A stretch of DNA of 64,000 bases from the NCBI GenBank assembly GCA_030770535.1, contig JASVEC010000023.1, positions 186,001 to 250,000 on the forward strand. Direction: 5' to 3'. Under the pieces are notes generated by a model. That model saw only the letters and a program-made list of their open reading frames with translations. It was not told the origin of the DNA and searched no databases. Source of the DNA: Batkoa obscura (Eukaryota). The position numbers were made by a program, and so were the translations under genes. This document shows, piece by piece, positions 36,740 to 51,500 of the stretch (position 1 is its first letter; each line of letters starts with the position of its first letter).

Positions 36740-39700
36740 TTATCTTGCAATAGAAAGTTGATTATTTCTAGATATCAAAGGTATTTCATCCAACCCGATT
36801 TCGCTTCTGCTTGAATTAAAATTATGATTTGAAAGTTCAGAATGATTGACAAAGGATAGATGTCTCAATACGTCCTTTTTTGTTATTAAACCTAATAATT
36901 TTCCATATTTTGTTACTAACACATATCTTAAGCCCTATAAAGTTTTATTATTACTATGATTTATTTACTAGTTTTTATACTTTACCATATTAGAAAACAA
37001 GGAGATGACCAATTCCATAGGCAATGTTAATGACACTGTTATAGGAGTCTAAACAACAAACAATTAGCACTATTCTATTGTTGATTATAAAATGCTATTA
37101 CATGATCTGTCCAACTTCTGATATCTAAAAAGTTATTTGATTCTAAAATGGTGAGTGAATGGGCATCGATAATATCAAATAAGCATGGTGAGTTCCCATC
37201 AATTCCAGGTTGCTGAACCCCTTGTTCTATAAAAATAATTATTACTTTATTGCCCTATCTTTATATGATTACTCTACCTAATGCTGTACGTAATTCAGAT
37301 CTAGATATGTATCCTACCAAAGTAGTATCCGAATTTGATTTAATAATTGGAAATCCTTTAAAATTAGAATATGATAGCAATTCATCTAAGCATAACACAT
37401 AAATATATTGCTGCTATATTATAAATGTTACTTACTTAATGTTTCAATATTTGGTCCGTTAGCCGGTATTGTTACTAAATCTTCGATTCTCGTCATAACA
37501 TTACCTGCTGTATAGTCATGCTGATACTCTTCTTTATTATCTAAGTATGGATATCCATATAAATTGATTAATCCATGTGTGAGTCCACCTGGTCCAAAAG
37601 CATCTCCTACCCACTTACTTGTCATTACTAATGATTATTAGCTTATGTTATAGTATATTAATACAATGTCATGAAATTACCTGCCATCATAATAGGTAAA
37701 GCATAGGTCAAAGCACCAGTTAACTCAAACATAATAATGACTAAAGAAACTAAAATAACAAACATTATTTCTATAGCATACTGTACTACAATGTATTTGT
37801 ACCTGTCATACGAGTCATTCCGCCCATCATAGCAGCAGCGCCGACCATAGCATAAGTACCTGGAGAAATACATGGTTTACCGCCACAAGAAGAAAAAAGG
37901 AAAAGTGTGGGATAAGACCTAATAATACTTTAACACAAGTAAAATAAAATAAGTGATTTATAGCTTGCCTCTGCCACATATCGACTAAAATGCCCATAAC
38001 TCTACCTAGACAAGCACCGATCATCATAGAGGGCATATAAAATCCAGCTGGTATTTCTAAACCAAACGTAAAAATAGCTAAGAAAAATTTGAGTAAGCCA
38101 GCTATCGTCAATAATGTCATTGTCATTGGTAATCCACTTTTGCTAATTAAAATTAAGTATTTATATAATCATGAGAATAATATTTTTACTCACAAAGTCC
38201 TGGATATAGCCCAGGTTCTGTATCACACTCTTTAAACAAGTTAGACAATAGCTCAGATGCATCCACTCTATATTATTAATATTATATTATAGTATTATAG
38301 TATATTATTATTACCTCATATAGATATTAGGATATGAAATAGCAGCCGTAATTAAAGCAATAGAAAATACTTGTTGAATGGGATATTTAGCTAACCAAGA
38401 AGAATGTATATAGGAAGTCACTTTGAGATTCAGTCTTATAAACAAAGCTCCCAATAAACCCTAAAAAAATAAACACGACATAATACTAATGAATAATAAG
38501 AGTTACTCCAATAGCACCCAACAACAAGAAGAAAATCATTTCAAAACCATGCCAATTAGTTGTATATGCCACTTGAAAATGTACTAGATTACCAGTACGG
38601 AAGGGATTGATTGCCTTTGATAAACATTAACTCAAATAATAAATTAAGGTTACTATTATTTACTTTTAATGTAACTGCTGCCATCATAGCACAAAAAAAG
38701 GAACGCCACATAATTTTATAGGGGAAATAATATGATACTTCCTATTATTTTTTTAAAATTAAATTTAAATCACAAAAATTATAAAGTTACTTCTAATGAA
38801 TATAAGACACCTCCAATTGGTGTACCGAACGCAACTGAAATACCTGCAGATGCTGCAGCTGATAAGATTTCTCTTTTCTTAGCTAAATAAAATAAATTTG
38901 CTATCTTAATAACAACATTTATTAAATTTACCTTCATTAAATCTATACTTGTTAAAAAATCTCAAATAAAAATTTCCAATACAACAAGCAATATGTACTA
39001 AGGGCGCCTCTTTACCTAAAGTTAATCCAGAAGCAACAGCTAAACACTACTTTGTTTAATTATTACTAAGTCATCAATAAATAGAAACTTACGGAACCAA
39101 TAGTTTTAATCATAAGAGTCCATTTACCTAAAAAGCCACGTATAATAAAACCAGCTAAAATAGTTTTAATTTCAGGTAAACCAGAGCGAGAAGCATAAGG
39201 TGCAAATTTATATACTAAAAAAGCACAACTTGTAGCAAATAATGTCTACTTGAAATACACAATATAATATAGTAATATATAATATAATATAAAAAAGGCT
39301 AAAATTAATACATTTCTAAAAAATAAATAAATGTTTTTTACTCCAGAAAATAAAAATATTAAATATTGGATCAAATAATTCACTGAATAAGATTCAATCC
39401 TAAACAATAAATACCATGGTACCCATTCATCACAATCATTGTAGCCTATAAGTTGTTATTAAATATTTGTTATTATTATATGCTGTTATCTTTAGTATTA
39501 TTATAAAATAGATTATTACTATCATAGCCCCAACAGCAAAAAGATTGGTTGATATAAAATCCAGTAGAGCAATAGCCTATTCTAATATCAGCCAACCAAT
39601 CTGAAATAATATCAATAAAAGCAGCGAACACGCCGCAGGTAACGCCTAAAAAACAATTATTAAATTCACCATTATAAAAAAACAATTCTAAACCTTACCA

Positions 39701-40302
39701 ATAAATAAAACAATAATCCAAGCAATAGAAGCATCCCACCAAATGAATAAAAAATTAAAAAACCCTTTCTTTTGAATAATTTTTTCTTTTCTTATCCTTT
39801 CTTTTTCAAAATCAAAATTCCAATCAATGGCATTAAAATCGTCATAAACCCTTAATCTCGATTCTCTTTCTTCAAACTGTTTATAATCAAACCAAAAATC
39901 ATCTACATTTTGAGGTGTACTTGGTATACTTAAATTTCCAATTCCATTATTATTACCACTACTACTCTGTTGTCGACTAATAGTAGGTGTGACATTGCTA
40001 TCTTTACCACTTACATTATTATTATCATTTAAAATCTCTCCTTCATTACTTATATTAACCTCTAAACTTGGTATTCGAAACCGATTATTAGTTAATAAAC
40101 TATTCTTTCTTCGATTTTCTAATTTATTTTTTTTAAATGTTAGTGGTAATGCTCGAGTGATATCTCCACCATCTACCACTTGGGTATTACTTTCATTAAA
40201 TATATTATCTTTCTCATCCTCAATTTCTACTCTTATCTCATCTTGACTTTCTAGTTCTAAAGATTCTTCTTCATTCCACGGGTTGTTATTAAACTCACTC
40301 AT
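36740..40302 (-). CDS. CLC chloride channel/transporter (ClC-3/4/5/Gef1-type) with C-terminal CBS domains, many exons
   Basis: [82 protein letters not shown]. Confidence 0.93.
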
Positions 40303-40440
40303 TTTAAAACTTTATAAAAATAAAAATGATGTTTTTGATAAAATTCAATCTATTAATTCAGCGTAATCAAGAACCTATTTAATAATTATTCTTTGTAATG
40401 AAAAAATTACAGATTTGATCACCTGCTAACTTTATTAGAA

Positions 40441-40512
40441 GGGCTCAGCAGGGAATTGAACCCTGGACCTCTCGCACCCAAAGCGAGAATCATACCACTA
40501 GACCACTAAGCC
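40441..40512 (-). tRNA. tRNA-Pro(TGG), identical to the copy at 35522-35593
   Basis: Same 72-nt sequence. Confidence 0.96.
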
Positions 40513-41718
40513 ATTTGTATAATAATATATCTATTTAATTATATAAACTAATATTAACATGCATTTTATTAAATACTTACTATTTTAAATCAAAAGCAAT
40601 AGTTGGGCTTCATTAAATAGAATAGACAAAGTATTATGTTGATCGCGGTACTGATCAACAAGTAAACCAAAACTATTTTTGTTTTAACTTGTAAGATTAC
40701 AGCGAGAGTTCGACTTTGAGTATTTTTTTCAAATTGTATGAAATAACATTTTAGAGGAAATGGGGCTATAAATACAAGTTCAATTGAAAATGATGCAAAA
40801 AAAATAACAAGTAGTTGAGCTATTAAATAAAATAAAATATTATAATATACTGGTTTCAGTTTTGAATATCTATCTAATCAATTAAACTGGGATATATTTA
40901 CATCTTTATGTTGGGTTTTCATATTTAAAATAGATTCTGTTCTCTTATAGCTTAAAAGTTTCTTTATTTTAGTGGTTTTTCATTAAAAATATCAATTTTG
41001 AAAGTTAAAAATTCTTTTCCAAAATGTGACATTTCATACAAGTGGGTATTGATATATAAATAGCTGCGTGAATATTATTTATAACGGCTAAATTATAATC
41101 TAATAAGCTTTATAGTTAAAATCAAGAAGTTTTAAATAGTTAGTAATGGTTATCTTAAAAGTGGTTATGTTGATAATAATAGTTTTAATAAATTGCATTA
41201 TTAAATGCCATCGTATTGTATGAAAATTATATCAATATTATGTTTAATTCCATGCCTTTTAGCTATTCAGTATACTTATCATATTTATTCATGTTTGTAA
41301 ATATGTTTTACTTCTCTTACACTATTTAATATTATATAATATTATGTACATTACTAATCAATGACTAAGAAAAAAAATGAAATTTTGATATTTTCAAGCA
41401 GTTGACATGAACTTAGTTTATTGATTAGTAATAAACGAGCCAATAAACGCCACTTAAATTCGAATCACTAAGCAAATTCAAAAAAATATAAAAAAGACGA
41501 ACAAATCAATTAGATTCGGCCAAAACCACATAAAGTAAGTCCTTCTTTTATAACTCAATAAGTAAGTATTTAGATACATCCATTAAATATTAAAAGCAGC
41601 AACAAACGAAACAAAATAGATGGTAGAATAAATAACAAATTGAAATGGAACAAACAGAAATAAAAAAGATGAAATTGAAAGGAGTTATAGAATAGAATAT
41701 TAAATGTTAATCATAGAA

Positions 41719-42425
41719 ATGGGTCGTCGTCCAGCTCGTTGCTACCGTTATTGTAAAAACAAACCATACCCAAAATCTCGTTATAACAGAGGTGTACCAG
41801 GTAAAATTATTAATGAAATTTAAAAAGGAACCCAATTTTAATGAACAAAAAAGATGCCAAGATCAGGATTTTCGATCTCGGACGTAAGAAGGCCTCCGTT
41901 GATGATTTCCCTCTTTGCGTCCATTTAATTTCTGATGAATACGAACAGTTATCTTCTGAAGCTTTAGAAGCTGCCCGTATCTGTGCTAACAAATACATTG
42001 TTAAGATGAGCGGTAAAGATTCTTTCCATATGCGTGTAAGAGTCCATCCTTACCATGTTACCCGTATCAATAAAATGTTGTCTTGTGCCGGTGCTGATAG
42101 ATTGCAAACTGGTATGCGTGGAGCTTACGGTAAACCAAATGGTCTTGTTGCCCGTGTTGATATTGGTCAAGTACTTATCTCCGTACGTACCAAGGATAGC
42201 AACAAAGCTGTTGTTATTGAAGCTTTACGTCGTTGCAAATATAAGTTCCCAGGTCGCCAAAAGATCATTATCTCCAAGAAATGGGGTTTCACCAAACTTA
42301 CCCGTGAAGAATACGTCGAACATCGTAACCAAGGACTCGTTAAGAATGATGGGTGCTATGTTAAATATTTAAACACTCATGGACCACTCCGCAATTATCT
42401 TAAGCGTATCGAAAACTCTGCTTAA
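41719..42425 (+). CDS. RPL10: 60S ribosomal protein L10 (uL16); intron 41801-41853; probable 5'UTR intron ending 41716
   Basis: [59 protein letters not shown]. Confidence 0.98.
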
Positions 42426-42899
42426 ATACTTGTAATTTAACATAAAATAAATTAGGGTAGTATTTAACTTGGAATAATGACAGTTGTTTTTTGAATAAAA
42501 TATATTAATGACTTTAGGTTTGATACATAAAATTAGGTATATAATTAGCAAATTAAAGAGAGAATAATAATTAATACAATGGAAATAATGAAAAGATTAA
42601 GGAAATAAAGAGATCGGATATTTATTGTAGAGATGTTATTGAAATTGTCTATAGAAAGATATAAAAATAAAGACTAAATAAAATAATAGCTTTACAATTT
42701 ATTATCTAATATAATTTTAACATTTCTATTGTACAGTTTAAGTATATTATTATTATTATATTAAATAAACTACTTTAAATTTAAAGATCAATACTATATT
42801 TAGACAATATTATAAAAAACGTGGAACATTAAAAAATCATCAAATTAAAGTAAAAAAGTGAAAAAACAAAAGTAGCTTTTTTATAATTTTCAAAAAACA

Positions 42900-43311
42900 A
42901 TGAATTCCAGTAATAAAATGAATCGATCAATAAATAAGAATAATACAAGTAGTACACCTACAATAAATCAACAGAAGAGGATACGAGAGATATTAAAAAA
43001 GAAGATCAAATTAAGAAAGCAGTTAGGTAAAACTTGTTATCTCTTTAATGATTAAATAATAAATAATAACAATGATGATAAATTTTAAAACTATAGAAAA
43101 AAAAGGGGTTGAAGATTTATCCATTGAAAAAACAACTCGAATAGAGAAAGATTCGTCGATTATTTTTCCAAGATGTATTGAAGAAAAAGAACATCCTTTT
43201 GATAAACAGTTATTAAAAAAATATTGGCAAGAATGGCAACATTTAACCAAAATAGAAGCGGTAGAATTATTAAACAAATTGAAACTTAAAGCACAACCAA
43301 CTAAATTATGA
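42900..43311 (+). CDS. Hypothetical basic protein; intron 43027-43096
   Basis: ATG 42900; exon 1 joins the track ORF in frame via GT..AG; no recognised family. Confidence 0.55.
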
Positions 43312-43443
43312 TAATAATAAGTGATATAAAAATAAATAATCGAATTTATAATCCCAATTTTTTATTTGACATCTACATATTTCCTTTTTATTTGATGTGA
43401 CAAATCTTTTGGATTTCCCTCATTGCCTTTCTTATCAAATTGC

Positions 43444-44528
43444 TTATCTCTTTTTCACATTTAATTTTTTACTTTTATACGTCTCAAACTCTACTTTTTT
43501 ATCCATATCATTAGTATCTAAATCCTTCCATTCTTCCTCCCGATGTTTCCCAAATCGATGATTCAGCTGGTTAGAATTATTGATAAAAAAATCGTTTCGA
43601 CCTTTTTCTTGCCATTTAAAACTATCTGGTATATCTTCCAAAGCAGTCGAAAATTTATTATTTTCTTTTAATATAGAATTAAATGGTATATTCAATTTTT
43701 GTTTTGAATCTAGTAGATGATGGAACTGTTTTTTTGGATAAGTGGAATAAGAGATATTTGAGCTAGTAACTAAGTTTTTTTTATTCATTCGATTGTGTGG
43801 TGTTTGTATTCTTGGAAAGGGTAAATCATTATTGGTTTCCGGCGTTAACGGTTGGTCTATTTAGATTAAAAAAATCAAAATCAAAAAACAATTCAATATT
43901 AAATAAAAATGAACTTACCTCTTAATTTAAACTTGACTGGTTTTATATCTCCAAACTCAACATCTTTAATATCCTTGGTTAAATTCAAACGCCCCAAAAC
44001 ACCAACTTCCTCCTTTCCTTCCTCACTAAAAAATTTATTATTTTCAAAATAACTAGACGTAAAATATTGAACGTGATTTAATAGAGCCGTTTGATACAAT
44101 TCAAAACTTGGTGTTAAATCCAATAACATGGTTTCATCTAGTAGATTATCAATATGAGTTAGATATGCTTCATTTAACTGTCGTATCCCATTATAAAAAT
44201 CGGTTAGCACAATTTCTTCTACCTGTCCTTTTTTGGTAATAGAGGTTAGAACACTATGGAGATTATTATTGTTTTCGATTGTTTTTTTAATGTCTTTATC
44301 TTCCACTGATTCCATTTCTTCAACTAGATTATTAGTTCCTAATGGTGACAATTCTTCTTTTGTGTCATCTAGTTTTAAATAAAAAAATAAATTTGAAATA
44401 ACTTTATACTAATTTTGAGCTCTACCTAATTTACTATCATTATCTGGTTTTGATATTGGCTTTGTTGCATTCTTTTGTTGCTGCTGTATCTTTACTTGAG
44501 TTTTGGAGAAATTTTTGTTCTTTTTCAT
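43444..44528 (-). CDS. Hypothetical protein, 3 exons (introns 44369-44425, 43857-43918)
   Basis: Track ORFs join in frame through canonical introns; ATG 44528 MKKNKNF. Confidence 0.7.
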
Positions 44529-45009
44529 ATTTTGGATTATTTTTAAAAATTAAGAAAATTCAAGTTTCAATTTTAAAATTTAGCGTTTAAGATAATTCCC
44601 GATTTTTATGTAGAAACCAAGATAAGGGATATAACGTTATATTCTTTTTGAAGGATCTATTTCGATTAAAAAAGTTGAATATTAGCTGAAATTACACAAC
44701 TAATAGAACACAGCACATCTTTACGCTGGTGTTTAATATCTCTCATATTCTTTGATTTTTAGTTGATAAAATTAGAATTCTATCAGCTACTAAATTCTAG
44801 TCAAAATTTCCATCCAATCAAACCCTTAAGATTTTAAAGTTTCCTAGTAATCGATTGATCCAAAAATGGTCAATTTCAAAGTTCCTGGCTCCAATCAATA
44901 AATTCAACATCAATAGGCCACGTATTAAACAAGAAAGTAAAATTCAACAATTTTAAAAGTTAATCACCTTTACCTATAATTATTCTAAAAAATTAAAAAA
45001 TTAAAAAGG

Positions 45010-46405
45010 ATGGTAAATTAACAAATAGAAACAAATAGAACTCTTGATTGATTTTGTTGAATTCCTTTAGACAAACGCCGCTAATTCTGTCAATTTTGAT
45101 TCTCAACATGAGGATATGATAGTAATTTTTAACAAAATAACAAATAAACTCATCAATTAATCCTCCTCCTTTACTTTTTTTTAGCATGATGTTCAATTAG
45201 ATTACTATGGAAAACGATTAGCTTCTTGTTCCTCAGATCGAACTATTCGCTTATTTGAAGTGGAACAAAACGAACAAAAATTAATTCAAGTACTAACTGG
45301 GTAAATTAAAATTAATCATCAAGTTTAAAATTACAAAAACTAACTACTTTCAATTTTTAAAAATTCAATAACTGATAGCCATGAAGGACCGGTATGGCAA
45401 GTGAGTTGGGCACATCCTAAATTTGGAAATATTTTAGCTTCTTGCTCTTATGATGCTAAAGTGTTTATTTGGAAACAAATCAATAATACTTGGTCAATTA
45501 TTAAAGAACATAACGTTCATACTTCTTCGGGTGAGTATATAGTTTATTGATTTGATTCAATTAAGCAATTAATTATGTAGTTAATTCGATCGCTTGGGCA
45601 CCTCATGAACTTGGACCTATTTTAGCTTGTGCTTCCTCCGATGGTAAAGTTTCTACCCTTAGTTATAAAGGTAAATTAATTCTATTATAGAAACTAATAA
45701 CTAAATTATTTTAAAAAATTATAGAAGATGGAACTTGGGAATCATCCATTTTTGATGCCCATGCTATTGGATGCAATGCTATTTCATGGGCACCACCTAC
45801 TTTGGCTGGAAGTTTGACACAATCCACAGTCAACAAATCCGCTGCTTTGATGAGATTTGCTACCGCTGGTTGCGACAATTTGGTCAAAATTTGGACTTGG
45901 AAGTAAGTTAATTAAGATATCCATCAATATATATAGAATTAGCTACTAATTATTTATATTAATTATTTATATTTATAGAGAAGATTTGTTGATTTGGAAA
46001 GAAGAAGAAGAGGTATTAGATGGTCATACAGATTGGGTTCGAGATATTGCTTGGGCACCAAGTATTGGATTTAACCAAAATATTTTAGCTTCTTGTTCAC
46101 AGGTAATTAAAAAAATGAATTAAGTTTCACACTCTCATTTGATCTTTATTCATCTATATACTAACATAATATGATGTTTTCTATTATAATAGGATAAAAC
46201 GGTGTTAATTTGGACACAGAATGGAAGTAACAATAAGTGGAATAAAACAGTACTTAAAAGTGAGCCTTTTCCAGATGTCGTTTGGAGACTCTCTTGGTCT
46301 CAATCAGGCAATATATTAGCTGTATCTTGTGGTAATAATACGGTGTCTCTTTGGAAACAAAATTTAAATGGAGAATGGGAAACTTTTTCAGAATTAAAGG
46401 AATAA
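45010..46405 (+). CDS. SEC13: COPII/nucleoporin WD40 protein Sec13, multi-exon (first exon probably only the ATG)
   Basis: [86 protein letters not shown]. Confidence 0.96.
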
Positions 46406-46528
46406 AGTTTATAAGTGAATAAAATGAGCTGCTTTTTTTAAATTATGATACAAATGGTTTTATGTTTTATGTTTTATTATTATCTAGATAGGAGGGAAGA
46501 GAAGCAAAAAGGAAAATTATGTTTATTT

Positions 46529-48345
46529 TTATTTTTTTAAGATCAATACTTTGAATATCTGACCCATTTGGTCAATTAATCGATTATAATCACTTAATAA
46601 TAAAGTTTGGTATTCTTCCAATTGTCTATACTTTTCCTTATTACTTAAATTCTTTTCTTCTACTATTTTCTTTTTTTTAGATTCAAATAAAATTTTAAGT
46701 CTCTCTTGTATCCCCATCCTTAATAAGTAATCTTTTTGTGTTTTTAATTCAGAAACTGTTAGTGATGAAGGTTGATTTTGAATTAATTCAGAAATTTGTT
46801 CAAAATTAACGTCACTACTTAAATCTGTTTCACCACATAAACTTAAAGGTGAAGTAAACTGATGTTGATAGATACCCTAGAAAATAAAATAAATAAAAAC
46901 TAATATTCAATAAACAAATATAAAAGTAAATATACAGATATATATAACTATATATGTTTTATAATAGTATTCTATAAATATAAACTTACCCTAATTCCGT
47001 TGTTAATATTATGATTATAACCATAGTCCCAAATTTGAGCATATCCCTTATTGTTTTTAAATATATCTTTCATTTGATTTATAATTGAATTAACTTGTGG
47101 AGAATATTCTAAATCATCACCACTTTCATCTGAAATTCCAGTAATATGATTCAGGTAAGTTAAAGGTAATGTTTTTTTTGGGTTAATAATAGTTTTAAAA
47201 TGATAAGGACTATTAAAAAAATATTAAAATTAGTTTTATAAATATAATCTAAATAATAATACTATTAAATTTACTCTGTATTTTCTTCGTTGATATCTAC
47301 CATGATTTCTCGCCATTCACTATTGAGTTTCTATTAATTATTAATTATTAATAAATGTAAGATAAATATTAATTTACTTTGAACTTATGAATAGGTAAAG
47401 CATCAAAGAATTCATGAGCCATTAAACAAAAATACTGATTTTGTAAATTATCTATTTAATAAAATAAAAATACAACATAAAAACATTATAAAGACATTAA
47501 CTAAATAAATAAACTTACCAAATTTTAATTTAAAAGCATCTAATCCAGAATACCAATTTAATTGAATATGATCTAACTTAATATTGGTATTAAAGTTATC
47601 AATTAGTTCTTCTTCTTCTTTAATTTGCTTAACAATCTTCTTTTCTATTATGCTTTCCTTTTGATAATTAGCTAATAATGAACTAGTTTCTATTAGATGA
47701 ATTTGTTGAACATTTTTGTAAATACTTGGAAATCGTTCTAATGTCTATAAAATTTTATGAGTTCATTATTTAAATTCATTCTAATAAATAAAATAAATTA
47801 TTATTTTTACCCTTAACATATCCATCATCAAAGTACCTTTACCCGGACCTAATTCAATTAAATGGATATCTTTATTGTCCCCATTAAGTTGATATTGTTG
47901 AATGTAATCTAAACCTATTAGCTAAAACTTAATATTAGCAATTAAATTTAGACTTTTATGTTTATTGTTTTGTATTATTGTTTTATAATAAAGAATAAAA
48001 CAAAACTTTATTTACCTCTCCAAAGGTCTGTGATATTTCAGGGCTTGTAATAAAATCTCCTTGTTTTCCAAATATTGGCTTATCTTGCTGATAATAACCT
48101 AATCGACTTCCACTTGATACACAATATTTCATATATTCATAAAAGCTGATGGGACCTGAAGACTTTTACGATTAATGAGTGTTAATAGAGATTTAATAGA
48201 TGATTAAGTTTACTTTAATTAATTTTTTTAAATGAGATGTTAACTTGGTTTCTCGTTCTTTTATGATTGTTGAAGTAGAATACTGTCTTATTCGAGAATT
48301 AAGAATCAAGTTGAATGTCAATAATCTTGAATCGAATTTCAGCAT
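46529..48345 (-). CDS. NDUFAF7: Mitochondrial protein arginine methyltransferase NDUFAF7/MidA, multi-exon
   Basis: GPISFYEYM, GYY, IFGKQGDFITSPEISQTFGE, IELGPGKGTLMMD, AHEFFDALPIHKF, DYG, DLSSDVNF, RLIDQMGQIFKV. Confidence 0.92.
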
Positions 48346-48599
48346 TATTAAATTGGAGTTAAATTGATTTTTTGAAAACTGGAAATTAAACACGTCAATT
48401 TTTTTAAATAAAATGAATCTGAGCTTTTAAACACCAGTTTATCCCATAATAATTTTAAGCTGGATTTTTTTTATTACATCAATCAAGTTGAAACCTAAAA
48501 TTATCTCCAAAATCACTTCAAATATTAATACCCTTTTTATTTATATAAAATTCATTATCAATTATTTTATAAAACTGTAATAAAAAGAATCAATCAATT

Positions 48600-51500
48600 A
48601 TGGAAGAAGATCATTATGATGAATTTGGTAACTATATTGGACCTGAATTAAATGGGGAAAGTTCTGAAGAAGAAGATATTCAAGATCAAGTTGAAGTTGA
48701 AGAAGATGAAGAAGATGAAGTACTAAAACCGTTACAAGAACAGACGGCATTGATGAATTTGGAAGATAGTAAGTTATAAAACCAATTGTTTTTTAAAAAA
48801 AAGATAAAGAGTGAAAAGACTAAAGTGATATTCTTTTATTTTATTTTAGTTAAAAATAATGCTATTATATTACATGAAGATAAGGAGTATTATCCAAGTG
48901 CAAATGAAGTTTACGGTGATGAAGTTGAAGCTTTAGTACAAGAAGAAGATACAATGGCATTAAATGAACCCATTGTTGAACCTATTAAAAACAAAAAATA
49001 TTCTTTATTAGAAACAAACATACCGGAATTGAGTTTTGATAAAGAGTAAGTTTTATTAAGTATTGATTTAATAATAACTATAAAACAAAGAAAACACAGA
49101 TTTATCAAGGGTTAATTTTATTTTATTTTAGATTTTTAATAGAAAGTACCAATTATCCAGATATGATTTATAATGTAGCTATTATTGGTAATTTACATAG
49201 TGGCAAAAGTACTCTAGTAGATACCTTTGTGGAACAAACCCATGCTTTAGATATGGAAGCGGAACATTTGGTAAATTATTTATTTTAATTTATATAAAGA
49301 GAATTTAATAAAGTGGTTTTTATTTTATTCAAATTAATAGAAACGATATTGCGATATTCATAATTTAGAAAGAAAAAGAGGATTAAGTTTAAAATGTAAT
49401 CCCATTTCATTAATTTTACAAGATTTAAGTGGTAAATCTTCCCTCTTTAATTTTATGGATACTCCAGGTAAATTATTATTATCATTATTATGTAATTAAT
49501 ATTTATGTTTTTATATATTAATTTATTATTTATTAGGACATGTTAATTTCTCTGATGAAGTAAGCGCTTCATTGAGAATATCAGATGGTGTTGTATTAGT
49601 TGTAGATGCAGTTGAAGGGGTAAATTAGAATATTAAATTATAAAAGTATACCGGAATAATAATTAATATAAAATAATTAGGTGATGATGAATACAGAAAA
49701 GTTAATAGTACAAGCATTAAATAATAATTTGAAAGTGGTATTGCTAATTAATAAAATTGATCGTTTAATATTGGAATTAAAATTGCCATTAAATGATGCT
49801 TATTTTAAATTAAGACATACGATTGAAGAAATTAATAGTATTATTAGGTAAGTTATTTAACAATGTTTTTAAGAGAGATGGGGCTAATAGATTTTTTTAT
49901 CTAGAAAACATAATTTTAATCAAAGATTATCACCTGAATTAGGTAATGTTTGTTTTGCTGCTAGTAATATGGGTTATTGTTTTACTACTTATTCATTTGC
50001 TAAATTATATTCGGATTATTATGGTAATTAATTAATATTATTTTTATTCAATCATTAATATATTGTAATTAAGGTGGTATTGATGCTACAGAATTTAGTA
50101 AAAGATTATGGGGAGATATTTACTTTGAAAAAAAGAGTAGTAAATTCAAAAGACTAACTAATTCAAGTAAACATGATCGTACTTTTATTTCATTTATTTT
50201 AGAACCACTTTATAAAATTTATACCCAGGTAAAAACCATTAATAATAATTATTTATTTATTTATATTCATATTTATCATTAGGTATTAAGTGAGAGTGAA
50301 GACATATTGAAACAAAATTTGTATAAACTTGGTATTCAACTTAAAGCTAAAGAATATAAATTAGATAGTAAAAAAGTATTAAAGTTAGTATTAAATCAAT
50401 TTTTTGGAAATAACAATGGATTAATTGAATCAATTAAACAAAACATATTAACCGCAAAACAAAATAATGTTAATAAAGTAGAACAATATTATTTAGGAGA
50501 TAATAAATCATTAAGGACAATAGCAATGAAAAACTGTGATTCAACAGGACCATTAATGATACAAATAACTAAATTATACCCAACTCAAGATGCCACTAAA
50601 TTTAATGCATTTGGTAGAATTATGTCTGGATCAATAAGAATTGGACAGGAAGTAAGAGTTTTAGGTGAAAAATATAATATTGATGATGAAGAAGACATGA
50701 CAATTCAAACAATTGAAGGTTTATTCATTTATCAATCAAGATATTTTATTCCAGTTGACAAAATTGGTAGTGGTAACTGGGTTTTGATTTCAGGTATTGA
50801 TAATACAATTGTCAAAACAGCTACAATTACTAGTATGGGCACTTATGGTGAAAAAGCTAATATCTTTTTACCTTTAAAATATGCTACTCAAGCTACTATG
50901 AAAATAGCTATTGAACCAGTTAATCCTACCGAATTACCTAAAATGTTAGAAGGATTAAGAAAGATTGAAAAAAGTTATTCAATTGTTAAAACAAAGGTAA
51001 ATTTAATATATATAACTAATAATAATTTTATATTAATAATTTCATTATTATTTAAAATCATCATTTAAAATTAGACTGAAGAATCTGGAGAACATATAAT
51101 TTTAGGAACAGGAGAATTATATTTAGACTGTATATTACATGATTTAAGAAGATTGTATTCTGAAATTGAAATTAAAGTATCTGATCCAGTAGTTAAATTT
51201 TGTGAAACAGTATCTGAAACTTCATCAATTAAATGTCCAGCTGAAACACCAAATAAAAAGTAAGTTGTTATTTTAATTATAATAGAATAGAATATTTAAT
51301 AATAAATATTTGATACATTAATAACTAATTATTATTATTATAGAAATAAATTTACAGTAATAAGTGAGCCATTAGAAGAAAAAATAGTTAAAAGAATAGA
51401 AAAAGGAGAAGTCAATAAAATGAATGATAAACAAATTATCAATTATTTTGAAAAAGAATTTCAATGGGATAAATTAGCTTCACGTTCTATTTGGGCATTC

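Noticed and set aside
40638..40659. Short hairpin GTTGATC-8nt-GATCAAC
   Set aside because: A 7-bp stem is expected by chance in 64 kb; no supporting context
44866..44870. Alternative upstream ATG|GT first exon for SEC13
   Set aside because: Weak donor (GTCAAT) and a 200-nt intron; ATG|GTAAAT at 45010 gives a typical 58-nt intron. Not excluded without RNA data
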